From Lingula anatina (lineage: Eukaryota; Animalia; Brachiopoda), in assembly GCA_051362555.1 (NCBI GenBank), contig CM120646.1, positions 7,626,001 to 7,690,000 on the forward strand: a stretch of 64,000 nt of DNA. The letters are read 5' to 3'. Position 1 is the first letter of the stretch; each line of letters opens with the position of its first letter. The notes beneath the pieces are model-generated. The model saw only the letters and a list, made by a program, of their open reading frames with translations. It was not told where the DNA came from and made no database searches. Of this stretch, positions 24,340 through 36,456 are shown in pieces. The position numbers were made by a program, and so were the translations under genes.

Positions 24340-25828
24340 GTAATTTTTTACACCGTAATTTCTGCTATCTACCGGTAGATCTTAAGTAGTGTGACTTTGC
24401 AGTCCTTCGGAAGGGGGGTATATTTTTATATCGTTGTTACTGTTATCCTCTATCCATTTAAGTGAGGAACATGAGACGTTGGGGATATTTAAACTTGTCA
24501 TTAGGGATGTGCACGTGTCCTTCGGATTTTTGGTGACTATGGGTGTTGCCGTCCCTAGGGGTGGTTGATTATTATCTTTAAATTGTTTTTTCTGCTATAT
24601 ACCCATAGGTCTTTAGGTTGAGGAAAATAAAATAAAATGCCAGGGTGTGCATAGGCACATCGATTTTTTTTTTTTTTTTTTTTTTTTTTTTGTGTGACTT
24701 GGGGTGTGGCTGTCCCTGGGAACGGTTGACTAATATATTACCGTAATTTATTTCATCTCCTCCTAGACCATTCGAATTAGGAACATGAGTCTTTGGTGTA
24801 TGAGTGGGCTACATGTGAATTTTAGTGTGACTTGGGGTGTGGCCGCCCCTAGGGGTGGGGTGATTAGTAGTTTGTCAGACAATGAAGATGATTCCATAGA
24901 TTGCACTTAAGTCAGATTCCTTGCAGAGTTGGACCGACCCAGTTAGTACGATGTGCGAATCTGAAGGCGGTCTTCGAGTTAGGAAGGAAGGGAAAATGCA
25001 AAGAAAGCAGCAGACAGTACTTAATAACAAACATTCGGTAGTATTCTTGAATAAAGCTCAAGTTAATTAAAACCCATTCAAGACCCATACTCTCAGGAAT
25101 CCTAGGGTCCAAGTCCCGTTGTTCTTTAACATAAAACACACATGTAATAATATTATTACTGCTCTTGGGTAATTAACAGTTTTGTTTTGTGTTAAGACAC
25201 AACAGCAGTTAAACGCTAGGATTCCTGAGTGTGTAGGGCCTTGAATTAGTTTTGAATTGGATTCCCCAAGAATTTGTACAACTTCTTGGATTCCCTGACC
25301 TATATTTATGCATATGGCTGGAAGTCCATTTAGTTCTGTATGTGCTTCTGCTGTTCTCTACATTTCTCAAGGACCCATGCACATTCATTAAAAATGACTG
25401 GTTCATCAATCTCCGTTTCATGTACCTAAAATTTAAGGGTATAGAAGGCAGAAATAACGATGTGAAAAATAGAATCAACCAGCCCCCGGAATAGCCACAC
25501 CTGAAATATCATACTAACATTCCCGGAAACCTATGCATATCCTCAATGGTAAGCTTATCAGCCCGGAAGGTTTTATTTTCTTAACTGTAATGGCGTAAGG
25601 GCAAAAGCACGAATAACGATATAAAATTTAAAATCAACCTCCCCAGGTACGGCCAAACCCAATGTCACAAAAACCCAGAAGGACCCATACATGTACACAT
25701 CCCCAAAGATTTTTCAATCCCCATAGCCTTGCGTTCTCAACTTTATTGGTCTAAGGGCAGATAGCAGGAATTACAATGCCAATTAGACTCAACCGCCCCC
25801 AGGACTCCCCCCCCCCCCAAAAAAAAAA

Positions 25829-25896
<68 letters not shown>

Positions 25897-26107
25897 AAAA
25901 TTGTATGTAGGCACGTTTCATGTTCCTAGCATAAAATACGATGTACAAATTAGAATAGACCACCCCCAGGGTCGACCACACAATTTCATACCCCCAAAAC
26001 CTACAATGATAGGTTTATTAATCCCTGACGTATCAAGTTCCTAACTATGATGGTTTAGGAAATAACAATGTGAAATAGCATGTATATATAATTGTCCACC
26101 CAGGGTA
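24340..26107. repeat. Old foldback-like element with degenerate inverted subterminal repeats
   Basis: gtgacttggggtgtggccgcccctagggg-type motifs in 24500-24860 appear reverse-complemented in 25620-26107 (e.g. ccccaggtacggccaaacccaatgtcac). Confidence 0.45.
25834..25894. repeat. (TA)n microsatellite
   Basis: Direct inspection. Confidence 0.95.
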
Positions 26108-26973
26108 CAGCCCGGGAGCCACTGGTCTGCCGCTAGGTGGCTATTAAACAAACCGGAAGTTCGAGAATTTGAATTGGGCAATATTTTTTGAGATTTATAG
26201 GGTGTCATAAACGGTGTATTATCTCGGCTATTAACGTACTTGGGGTTACAATATGTACATTGTCATATTGAGAAATAAATTTCGAATAAAGTGAGATGAC
26301 CCAAAAGTTGATCTACAGCATATTTAATGTTGAAAAATGAGTTTGAAATCGAAATTTTATTAAAGCTATTACGGAAGTTCGTTTTTGATTTTGATTTTTG
26401 TACCTATAGAGGCCTCCGCACAACTTGAAATTACTACAAGTTGTGGAAAATTTATTCAGCTTTCTGTCAATGTAAGCATGTAAAGAACTTTGCCTTAAGC
26501 TGTGAATGGCACAAATCAATTCACGGCCATGTCAGCCTGAAAACTCTCACTTACGATATCCGCATATAAGCCTCGCTTTGACTTAGTGCTTTCTCATGAG
26601 CTTCAGTCTCGTTTTAGTTTTTCCTTCACACAGTATTACTTATATAGAGCAACTGGGTATTGGGGACAATGAAATAATTTTTTTCTTGGCACTTACCACG
26701 GTGCTAATACAAATGAACTTTAACATTTTTTTTCATTGTAGATAAACCTTTTTATTACATAAGGCCAACTGATGAGGGTATTCCTTTCATTAAATATGAA
26801 AAATAACAAATGAAAGACAATTTACATTTAATCACATTGCTATATATTTTATTTTAATTTTACATAAAATTCAACGAGCCTGAAATATTTTACCAGTGAG
26901 ACGTACATTGCAAAATAGTTATTTTACATTACATTGTACATTAATTACCCAGTAGGTGATAATTCAATGCTAC

Positions 26974-26980
<7 letters not shown>

Positions 26981-27017
<37 letters not shown>

Positions 27018-30000
27018 TGCAATAGAAAAAAAGCAAGTACATAAATTTTTACAAGCACACAATATTCATTACAATACCAAAGTCCACAAGGATTTAACGA
27101 ATAAGAAAATTATAGTCAATAATTTGTATACATGCAACTACACAAATCCATATATACCCCTCCATTTCTGCCATATAACATTGAATTTATCTAAGTCTTG
27201 AGATACAATGTATTTTTGCTTATAGATTTTGTATATATTTTCTAAATAAAGTTGAAGTTTTGTGAGTAACAGTGCGTCTTTCTGACATTTTGTTTTGTAT
27301 ATGAAAAACTTAATGTGTATAGTCATGATTATATTGGATACATTACGTTCATTAATGTCAATTAAAATAAACTGTATATTACTGAAATTTAAATATATAT
27401 TACAAGAAATTAACCATGCTTCTACTTGGCGTAAGAAGTTTTGTACAATATTACAATCCCAAAGTATATGATATATAGTTTCTACCTCCTCGTGGCAAAA
27501 TGTACACATAGGTGATTGACTTAGGCCAGTTTTATATACAAAGTTATTTGTGGTGAGGATTCTATAGAAAATTCGAAACTGGAACCACAGCATTTTTGTG
27601 TCCTTTACCGACACATTGGTTTTCTTATATATCTTTTCCCAAAAACTATGATCCCGAGGAGTAAAAATATTTGACCATTTTTCCTCAAAAATAGGCCTAA
27701 CATTCGAGCTATTTAATATGTCGTACATATCTTTTGATCCCCTTGTTTGTCTTACAATAACTCGTATACCTTCTGGTTGCCACGGACCGTACATTTTGAT
27801 TTTATGTGGATTGAATTTTTTTCTGTATAGATCATTTATTGTTGCGATAATACCATTGTATTGTAAAAAATTGATTTTAATATTGAAGAGTTCAGAAAAT
27901 TCTTTATATGAATAAAGTCTACCTTTTTCATTGATAAGATCGTTCACTTGTCTAAATCCTTTATCATACATCTCTTTATGGAACAGCGTCTCTTTATTTA
28001 TCATCAAAGAGTCACTGTACCATAAGGGGACTTTATTCAACTCGGTCATTTGTTCTTTTTTTTTCAACAATTCCTGCCAAGCTAAAAAAACATCCTTCCA
28101 AAATAAATTCTGTGTGCCTGTTTGACAGAAGCGCAAATATTCACAACCACAGTTTAGCATCAAGTCTAATTTATATCTATGCAAAAGGATATTTTGCCAA
28201 ATACCCTCCCTATTTATCAACCGTCTCACCCAAGTTAATTTTAATGCCATTATTGAAGCTTCTACGTTTATCATATTTAGTCCTCCATCTTTTATTTTTT
28301 TACATACTATTTCCCTTTTTACTTTATCCGGTTTACCTTTCCAAAGAAATCCAAAGATTAGCTTTTTTAGCTCCTTAATTATTTGGTTAGATGGGTTAGG
28401 CAGTGAAATAAAAAGATGGTTAAATTTCGATATTATGAGACTTTTAATCACTGTAATTCTGCCGACGGGGGTCAAAATTCGTCTTTCCCATAGTTTAAGT
28501 AATCGTTCAGTACTTTCAATTTTTCCCCGATAGTTCCTTTCACATATAGTATCTAGTTCGACATAGAATTTAATACCTAATAATTTAAAAGACGTTGCAC
28601 CCCATATTAATGTCCAATTTTTGCACAGTTTCTCATTTGAATTTTTTTTACTCCCTATCCAAATAACCTGAGTTTTGTCATAATTTATTTTTAAACCCGA
28701 AATTTTTTCAAACCATCTTAGATCCTGTAGGGAGGCGTTAAGGGATTGTTCAGAACCATCTAAGATTAAGGACGTGTCATCTGCATATTGCGATATTTTG
28801 TATTCATTTTCCCCAATTTGTATTCCTTTAATTTGAGGGTTATTCTTTATGCTTACCGAAAGAATTTCAGAACATAACAAAAATAAATATGGTGATATCG
28901 GATCACCTTGTCTCAGGCCACGCTGTGGTTGAAACATTTCGGATAAATGACCTCCTTGATTTACTCTTGAAGTAATGTTTTTATAAAAGGTTTTAATGTA
29001 ATTTATTATGTCTGGACCGAAATTAAAGAAAATAAGAACTTGATTTAGAAAGTCCCATGATATACTATCGAATGCCTTCTCAAAATCTATTAGAAGTAAT
29101 ATTCCAGGTACATGGTTTTCCTCAGTATATTGCATGAGATCATAGATTAAACGAGTATTTTCCCCTATGTATCTCCCTTTTAGGAAACCAGTCTGTTCTT
29201 TACTTATCAGTTTATCCAATACCGTTTTTATTCTACTTGATACGACACCTGAGGCAATCTTGTAAACGGTATTCAATAGTGTAATAGGGCGCCAATTTTT
29301 TAAAAATTGTTTTGGTCTATCCTCCTTCGGAATGCATGTTATGATTCCCTCCCTTTGGGTGACAGAGAGCTGCCCATGTGTAAGACCATAATTTAAAGAT
29401 CGTATAACAAAGGTCCCTACTTTCGCCCAAAAAAACTTTAAGAATTCCACAGTAAATCCGTCCGAACCTGGACTTTTATCGTTTCTCATTTTTCTGAGGA
29501 ATATCTTGGCTTCAACATTAGTTATTGGACCTTCTAGGCTTTCCCTATCATCTGTAGTCAGTTTTGGTACATTAAAATCTTTTAAATTTGTTTGCCAATC
29601 AATATCAGCACACTGTGTATTTTCTGAGTACAATTTTTCGTAAAACTTTTTTGTTTCTTTTAAGATTTCATTCTGCTCAGTAATATATTCATTTTCACCA
29701 ACCTGTAGTCGGGGAATGATTTTTTGTGTAAATTTTCTTTTTTCAAGGCTAAAAAAATATTTTGTGGGTTTTTCTCCCTCAGTTAACCATTTCTCGCGCG
29801 ATCTAATAATACTACCTTTTAACCTTGCACTTCTCATCTCAACTAACTGTTGTTTTTTCCTTTCTAATTCTAGTTGAAGACGGGCATCACACTTTTCATA
29901 ATCTTCTGTTAATTGTTCTATTTCTTTCATAAGCCCTTTTTCTACCTCTTGTAATTTTTTCTTTTTAAAACATGCATACGAAATAGTCGTTCCTCTTAAA

Positions 30001-30527
30001 CGTAAAAGCAAAAGTTCTAGAAACATCTGATCATTCACCATAAACTGCAATTCCTGGTCAGGAATGTTGTCAACATTTTCAAGATTGTATATAGGAATGC
30101 AATATTCTTTTTTAAAATCTCGTATGGATTCATTAATTTTTTCGACATAGGTCATGTCGTATAGAAGGGAATTATTAAATTTCCAGAGTCCTCTTCCTCG
30201 CTTAAAACTGTCAAATTTTACTTGAAGTTTAATTGGTGAGTGATCTGATCTATAACTAAGTAGGGTGCTAACTGAGACCAAATTTGGAACTAAATTATCT
30301 GAGGTGAGAAAGAAATCCAGCCTGGCTTGTTTAACTGGATTTCTTTTGCGCCAAGTGAAATTAGACACATTCCCATATAGTTCTCTAAATGGGTCTAAAT
30401 AGCCGTTTTCTTTTATCATATTTAAAACACTTAATCTTGCCTTGGGGTTATTTATCCGTGAATAATTATAGTAATCAGTATCTGGATTCAAAACCAGGTT
30501 AAAATCTCCACAAATTATTTGAAATTC
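26981..30527 (-). mobile_element. 5'-truncated Tx1/L1-clade non-LTR retrotransposon
   Basis: Poly-A (poly-T on +) at ~26979-27015; TSD gctactttactt at 26969-26980 and 30528-30539; ORF2 begins inside the endonuclease (IICGDFN). Confidence 0.93.
27138..30527 (-). CDS. LINE ORF2: partial APE endonuclease, reverse transcriptase, C-terminal zinc finger
   Basis: RLDFFL and SDHSP (endonuclease), KSPGSDG, WRPITLLN, LIDFEKAFDS, GLRQGDPISP, QYADD (RT), CTFC...ETIYHILWDC; more than 1100 codons with no stop. Confidence 0.95.
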   Translation of the reverse strand, partial: EFQIICGDFNLVLNPDTDYYNYSRINNPKARLSVLNMIKENGYLDPFRELYGNVSNFTWRKRNPVKQARLDFFLTSDNLVPNLVSVSTLLSYRSDHSPIKLQVKFDSFKRGRGLWKFNNSLLYDMTYVEKINESIRDFKKEYCIPIYNLENVDNIPDQELQFMVNDQMFLELLLLRLRGTTISYACFKKKKLQEVEKGLMKEIEQLTEDYEKCDARLQLELERKKQQLVEMRSARLKGSIIRSREKWLTEGEKPTKYFFSLEKRKFTQKIIPRLQVGENEYITEQNEILKETKKFYEKLYSENTQCADIDWQTNLKDFNVPKLTTDDRESLEGPITNVEAKIFLRKMRNDKSPGSDGFTVEFLKFFWAKVGTFVIRSLNYGLTHGQLSVTQREGIITCIPKEDRPKQFLKNWRPITLLNTVYKIASGVVSSRIKTVLDKLISKEQTGFLKGRYIGENTRLIYDLMQYTEENHVPGILLLIDFEKAFDSISWDFLNQVLIFFNFGPDIINYIKTFYKNITSRVNQGGHLSEMFQPQRGLRQGDPISPYLFLLCSEILSVSIKNNPQIKGIQIGENEYKISQYADDTSLILDGSEQSLNASLQDLRWFEKISGLKINYDKTQVIWIGSKKNSNEKLCKNWTLIWGATSFKLLGIKFYVELDTICERNYRGKIESTERLLKLWERRILTPVGRITVIKSLIISKFNHLFISLPNPSNQIIKELKKLIFGFLWKGKPDKVKREIVCKKIKDGGLNMINVEASIMALKLTWVRRLINREGIWQNILLHRYKLDLMLNCGCEYLRFCQTGTQNLFWKDVFLAWQELLKKKEQMTELNKVPLWYSDSLMINKETLFHKEMYDKGFRQVNDLINEKGRLYSYKEFSELFNIKINFLQYNGIIATINDLYRKKFNPHKIKMYGPWQPEGIRVIVRQTRGSKDMYDILNSSNVRPIFEEKWSNIFTPRDHSFWEKIYKKTNVSVKDTKMLWFQFRIFYRILTTNNFVYKTGLSQSPMCTFCHEEVETIYHILWDCNIVQNFLRQVEAWLISCNIYLNFSNIQFILIDINERNVSNIIMTIHIKFFIYKTKCQKDALLLTKLQLYLENIYKIYKQKYIVSQDLDKFNVIWQKWRGIYGFV

Positions 30528-32512
30528 GCTACTTTACTTGATTGGTACACATTTATATATATTTAACCATCTATATAACACACAATTTCCCTTTACACAG
30601 TGGACCAGAATTTTTACAAACAATATAATTTCATAAATTTTCCCAAAGATGTCATGTTAATTTTCTTTCAGTGATACCAGGTATCAATCCATATTTGCAT
30701 TTGAATAAACTTGTTTTACTTGTATTCTGATAAGTAGATATTATCTATAAGCTACACATATATAAAAAACCTGCACAGTAAAAATAAAACAATGTATTGT
30801 TAACTTAGTTGCACATACACTTTTAACTAACTTCATGTGGTTAAAACCTAAATTGATTTCACAAACTGCATTTCTATGTACTGATAACCAATAACTATTT
30901 ATATTAGCAAGAGCATATATTTTTCATCCCTTAGAAGTATCCCAGAGGTTGTGGTGTTCATTGCCACACAGCATTTGGAAATGATGGGCGCTTTTGTTAT
31001 GATAATTGCACGGCAAAAGGAATAATCCTGGTCCCATTCATGCTATTCAAGCCTAGAATAAATAATAGAGTTTTTAAAAGAATATCATAAAAAAATTCTA
31101 CCTACATTTATCAATTGCTCACACACATACACACTGAAATTAATCATAATTTATTGCAATCTTTGTAATAGGTAAACTGTAACAATCAATCTTAAACAGC
31201 ACTATATTTACAATCTTTACCTTAAACTGCATTATTTATACTTAATTCATAACAGTGATTATTAAAAAACATTTGAAACTGAACTTTGGGCAAAGTTGCA
31301 CACCCATCATAATTCAAAAACCCAATTTGAATCAAGGCATGAAAAAATTAGAAAACACATGCAAGTCACAGCACCACATCACTATCATATGCCCTCATCA
31401 TTGAAGAGCCTGTTTCATTTAATGTACATACACACATACATATATTATTCACCTTTTTTAAACTTGCATTTTTATGACATTCTTCTCCTCAAAACCCCCA
31501 ACCAATGCAATAAAACTTATTTTGTGTTTACGTTTTTTTTCTAAAAAAATTAACACAATTGATACATTTAAACCCCCCCCCCCCCGGCCCCCAGCAAGAA
31601 AGACATAATTTACGATTCATATATTTCAAAACATGCCTATGGTTAGTTTACAATACTGTATCTTTCACAACTACTGGTACCAATGCCCCCCCCCCCCCCC
31701 TCCCCACCGCTTTGCAAACAAGTACTGGTACACCACGATATGCACATACGTTTTCGTGTATGCAGGTTGGATGACAATGTTATTTCGCAATCCACTTCAT
31801 CCTTTTCACATTAAAACACGAAGAAATTGCATGAGAAGCCAAGATTCAAACATTTCACTTATACGGTGACATTCATTCCATGCATGAGACCAGAAAGCCA
31901 CTGCCATCACTCGATCAACTAAATGATAGGTACCCGGCACGGTGAATATACAGCTTGTTGGAAATGTTGAAATTCTACAAATTACAGGCCATCGCACATC
32001 TTTAAAATTTGATATGTTCAAAAAATATTGCTAAACTAAGAAAAAACAGGAACAGATAAAGAAAAAAACCCTTAAGCTGCATTTGGCACAGTTCAAAAGT
32101 CAATGTTTACAATGACGTTTTGTGTGCGGCCATTTTGCTAATCGCCAGTAACTTTAGAGAATACTCAGTGAAATCGATACACGAAGACTTATTCGGTGTA
32201 TAAAATGTAACTTAAGCATATACTGTATTGTCCCGTCAAATTCATTAGTATTTAAATCTACTGTTCATTCCACAAACACATGTACAACTTACCTGTCTCT
32301 ATGCCTTCGTCTCCCGCCAAATTTTTTTGGGGCTACCACTCCACGTTTTGAAAACGAGGCCAAATCTAATAATTTCCAAAATAACCGTCAAATCAGCCAG
32401 TGGCTCCCAGGCTGGTAAAGCTTGCCCATGTCAGCGTACCTAGCCGAGACAACCCCGTCCCCATTCCGATTCTACCTCTATAGAACTTCACACTATGAAG
32501 TAGTTATCCTTA

Positions 32513-33502
32513 AGCTACTCTTACAACCGGTCGTGCGTGCTTCTACGAGCGGTTTGCGTGCAAAAAATTGGCCAAGTAGTAAGATACACGCACGTGGAGC
32601 GTACTATTTTTGGTGGACGCAAACACGACGCAAAGCACGCAGCCCGAAAACTGACCGGCCAGTTTTTCGCTACGACCTGTCTGCGACAATTAGAACGCCT
32701 GGAGCACGCTCGTAGCACGCAAGACAAAAGTACTTAGTAAGTGCGCTAGGCGTGCGTGTAACGCAGGAAAAGCATGCAGAAATTACGGGGTATTTTACCA
32801 CGAAGACGTACTTACCACGCAAGAGACTCGTAAGTTTAACTGACTTTCAATGTACGTGTTAACAATAAGGGGGGTGAGCGCACTTCCTCCGTGCGTTTAT
32901 CTTACTTCCAAAGTGCGTGGCGAGTACTACTACCATACCTGTGAAGTGCGTCACACTAAGACGACGCACGTGCCCAGCACGATAAAAGTGCAGGCGATCC
33001 CGAGCAACCACTGCCAGCATTGCGTCACGATCTTCGGCCTCCTCTAGCATTAGCAGCTGTAGAAGTCGATGGCGCATCCTTCTTGGAAGTGCCTTGGAAG
33101 CCAAAACAGTGAATGATGAAGAGACTCGGTGCTCCCTTTTATATTATTTTGATTATCCGTGCGTTCCATTTCCGTGCTTATTTCGTTTCTCTTACGTTTC
33201 TCTTACTTCGTAAGTACGGTTTCTGAAAACGTACGCTTCACTTGCAATACACGTATGATTATCTCACTCACTGTGTGCGACACGAGTACAGATCGTACGT
33301 GCTCCTTACTTCTTCCTACTTCCAAAAAAAGGCGTACAGACCACTTGCGGGCCCCACGTTTAGAGCACGACACACCTACTCATAAAGTACTTACTACTTC
33401 GTCCGCTGCGATTTAATTTTCATCCTGCGACAACGCTATGTCTGACGAGAACTCCGAGGACGCACGATCTCTAAGCACGCACGACGGGTTGTAAGAGAGG
33501 CT
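32513..33502. mobile_element. PIF/Harbinger-type non-autonomous element, copy A
   Basis: TIRs agctactcttacaaccggtcgtgcgtgctt / aagcacgcacgacgggttgtaagagaggct; TTA target duplication. Confidence 0.88.
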
Positions 33503-34047
33503 TTATCCTATGAAGTGGTAATATACTATTTACGCTCCGAAAATTGTGCGTGAAGTTGGGGAATCCCCTTTCTTGTATCTATTTGGCGCATGTGCAAGTG
33601 TCAAAACAATAGTAAAACCTGGATTTTTTTTCAATGTGGGATTTGGTTTCGCGTTGCGTGTGTGAACAAGCAAGCAAATCGGATTTTTATCAGAAATTCG
33701 AATTAACAAAATCCGTATTTTTTCAGATGGCAGTATGAACGGGATATCAGACCCATTGGGAAAGGGTCTCAATATACAGATAGGTCTGAAACAATTTATT
33801 TTAAGGACTCACCGTGTGAACACACACGTGTTGGAAATACCCAGTTTCCAGGAGAAGAAAGGACAAATTCTACACTCCAAAACAAAAGTTGCCTGCTTCG
33901 CAGGCGGTTGGACATGTATTTGTATGTCAGCATTTTTCTAAAAATTATAGGTATATTTGATGTTGGTACATGTACTCCAATACTAACATGAATGAAGAGA
34001 CTGTACATAAATGAAGAGACTGTAGGTTATAATGGGAAGCAGCTCAA

Positions 34048-36425
34048 ATGAAGAATTTACATGTAAAACGTCGACCAAAACATACATGTATGCGCGGTGG
34101 AGGGCACGAATCCACGTTATTGGCTGTGGCATTGATATTCATGAGAATTGAAGGTGCGAGTGTAGTTATCTTTATCGCTATTGTTTTAAGACCATATGTT
34201 AACTCTAGTGGGGCTAAAGAATTGAATGTCACATTTGTTGTTAAGTGAGACAACATGAGTAAGCATACATATCCAGTACGTCAGGTCTATTTTTAGATAT
34301 ATTTATCAGTGACTAAAGGGGAATCCCCTTTTTAACTCTACGTCAGGAGGTTACAAAAACTCAACATCTTAAAGTACCCCCCTCTCCCTCCTTCACTGAA
34401 GTTATATCATACCGGTATGTCAACTACTTAATCCTGTCTGGAAACTCCAACACGACGGACGTGCTGGTCCAAAATCTCTTCCACTGGGTCTCAGTCAGTT
34501 GAGTGTGGTTATAGAAGACTCTGATCACATTAACCCCCATTAATATGTGTCTTGATATATAAAGTGATCAGCACTGCTATTAAAAGAGGTGCGTACAAGG
34601 TGAGTGATATGCTTCGGATAGCCAAAAAATAATGAAATAATGGTTAAGGAGGGGGTGGCAGTTGGCGCGCTGCCTTCACGTACATGGCCCAATTAAGCAT
34701 ATTCAGACATGCTTAAGTCCCGTTTACACTGAGCGGCGTCCTTTCAGCGTGTCGTAGCATGACCCAGTTTGAGAATAAAACAAATTATTATTTACGTTCC
34801 GACAACTGGCTAATCATTGCGCATTCATGATTCATTCTGCAAACAAGGCGATTCTACGACCACAGCGATGCCAGTTTCATAGCGGCACAAAGCAGTTTCG
34901 GATTACGGCAGGTCCTGAACCTCCTCCGGTTTCTGAAATAGAAATTTCACCAATATTCCCCTTTTGAAATTAGAATTTTGTCTAGCTAAATCATAGTTCT
35001 AAACAGCACCAAATAATACCGTTCACCTTCTAAAAAAATGCGGGGCCCCGCTTTGAACCCCACGCCAAAGGGAGAGAGCATCGGCTTCACATCCGAAGCC
35101 TGTCATTCCTAAAACACGGACCCCCCAGGCAAAGGACGCAAAAAGGAAGCCATCCAATGCAAATGGGGTTTAAGAGAAGTCAGGTGAGTATACTATTGTC
35201 ACCAATTACAACAACCCCATGGTGACTGACGTCCTGAAAAGCTATCTGTTAGAAAAGTATGCAGTTAATGTTACGCTCTCAATGACATTTCCGGTTTCAG
35301 TTTCAATTCTTTTTAAAATAGCTCATAAAAACTTTATTTTTCTAAGAATATTGTTAGATTTAAAAAACTAAATCGCAGTTTCATTTTCGTTTTAAATAAA
35401 CCTTTATTTATCTATATATTCATTTATTTACTTTTCATTGAATTTCATACAGATATTTCCAAGCAAAAACTTTTATGACATATTATATTATCATTGCTTT
35501 TTCAGATATATATTTTCCGTAAATATTTCCAAAGTATTTGGACTGTATTTGGGATTTGAAGTTTTAAAATAATTACAAACTTTAAGTGCTGGAGGAAAAA
35601 GACACTGAATTCGTTGACAAGAAAGGAAATTCAAAAATATACGGTTCAATTAAATATGACAAATATATTCCACATTTGAAATCCAATGCTGGTCTCGATT
35701 TCATATGTTCCCTCTATTTCAAACACAACCCCGAAAAAAGGGATTTCAGTGTTATGTTTGAAACCCCGTATTAAGGAGTAAAATTTTGCTGTTTTGTGTT
35801 CACTAATTAGGTGTAATACCCGCCCGAGTGCCGGTCGGTGGGACCTTTACCTACGTATGTCCTTCCATAAGCCATTGCGAGAATGTATCAACGCTCCTGG
35901 GAGTGACTTTCTACACCAAACCAAACTTCCTGTTGTTCACTAATGCCACAAATTATACAGAGTACGGTAAAAATTTATCAGTCGACTACAAGAACAGACT
36001 GTCTGCAGAGTACAGGCATCCTAACAGTGTGTTATATATACGGAACATAAGCTGCTCGGATCAGAAACTTTATAACTGCAGCGTACATTGCATAGGAAAA
36101 CCATTTCGCACTTTTACTGAAGATTTGGAAGTTTTAGGTAAGATCGGAGAAAATGTCTATGTGGTTAACGAGCGGCGCCTCTCTTTTAAACTTAGCTGTC
36201 AAACAGAATTCTTTTTTTCTCAGAATTAAAGGATAGGTCGTGCTCGTTAACGAGCTAATTAATTTTGCCTGACTTAATTAAAGTATTTCTTTGATTAGTA
36301 AGTGCACAACGTACTACATGTATTTGGGATGTATGTGGTAAGCATAATATTGTCTGATTTCAACCAAACACAAAAAACAAGAAAGAAAAGAAATACAGTT
36401 AATTATACCGCAATGCCCCTATCCA

Positions 36426-36456
<31 letters not shown>

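Larger units (their letters stand above)
26108..32414. mobile_element. Putative non-autonomous DNA transposon (18-bp TIRs, 3-bp TSD) hosting the LINE
   Basis: cagcccgggagccactgg (26108) and ccagtggctcccaggctg (ends 32414) are reverse complements with 1 mismatch; gta flanks both ends. Confidence 0.6.

Noticed and set aside
27718-28378. Plus-strand ORFs opposite LINE ORF2
   Set aside because: Antisense shadows of the RT reading frame.
32422-33416. Several overlapping short ORFs, repeated at 56968-57852
   Set aside because: They lie within the GC-richer Harbinger MITE; at most a transposase N-terminal remnant.
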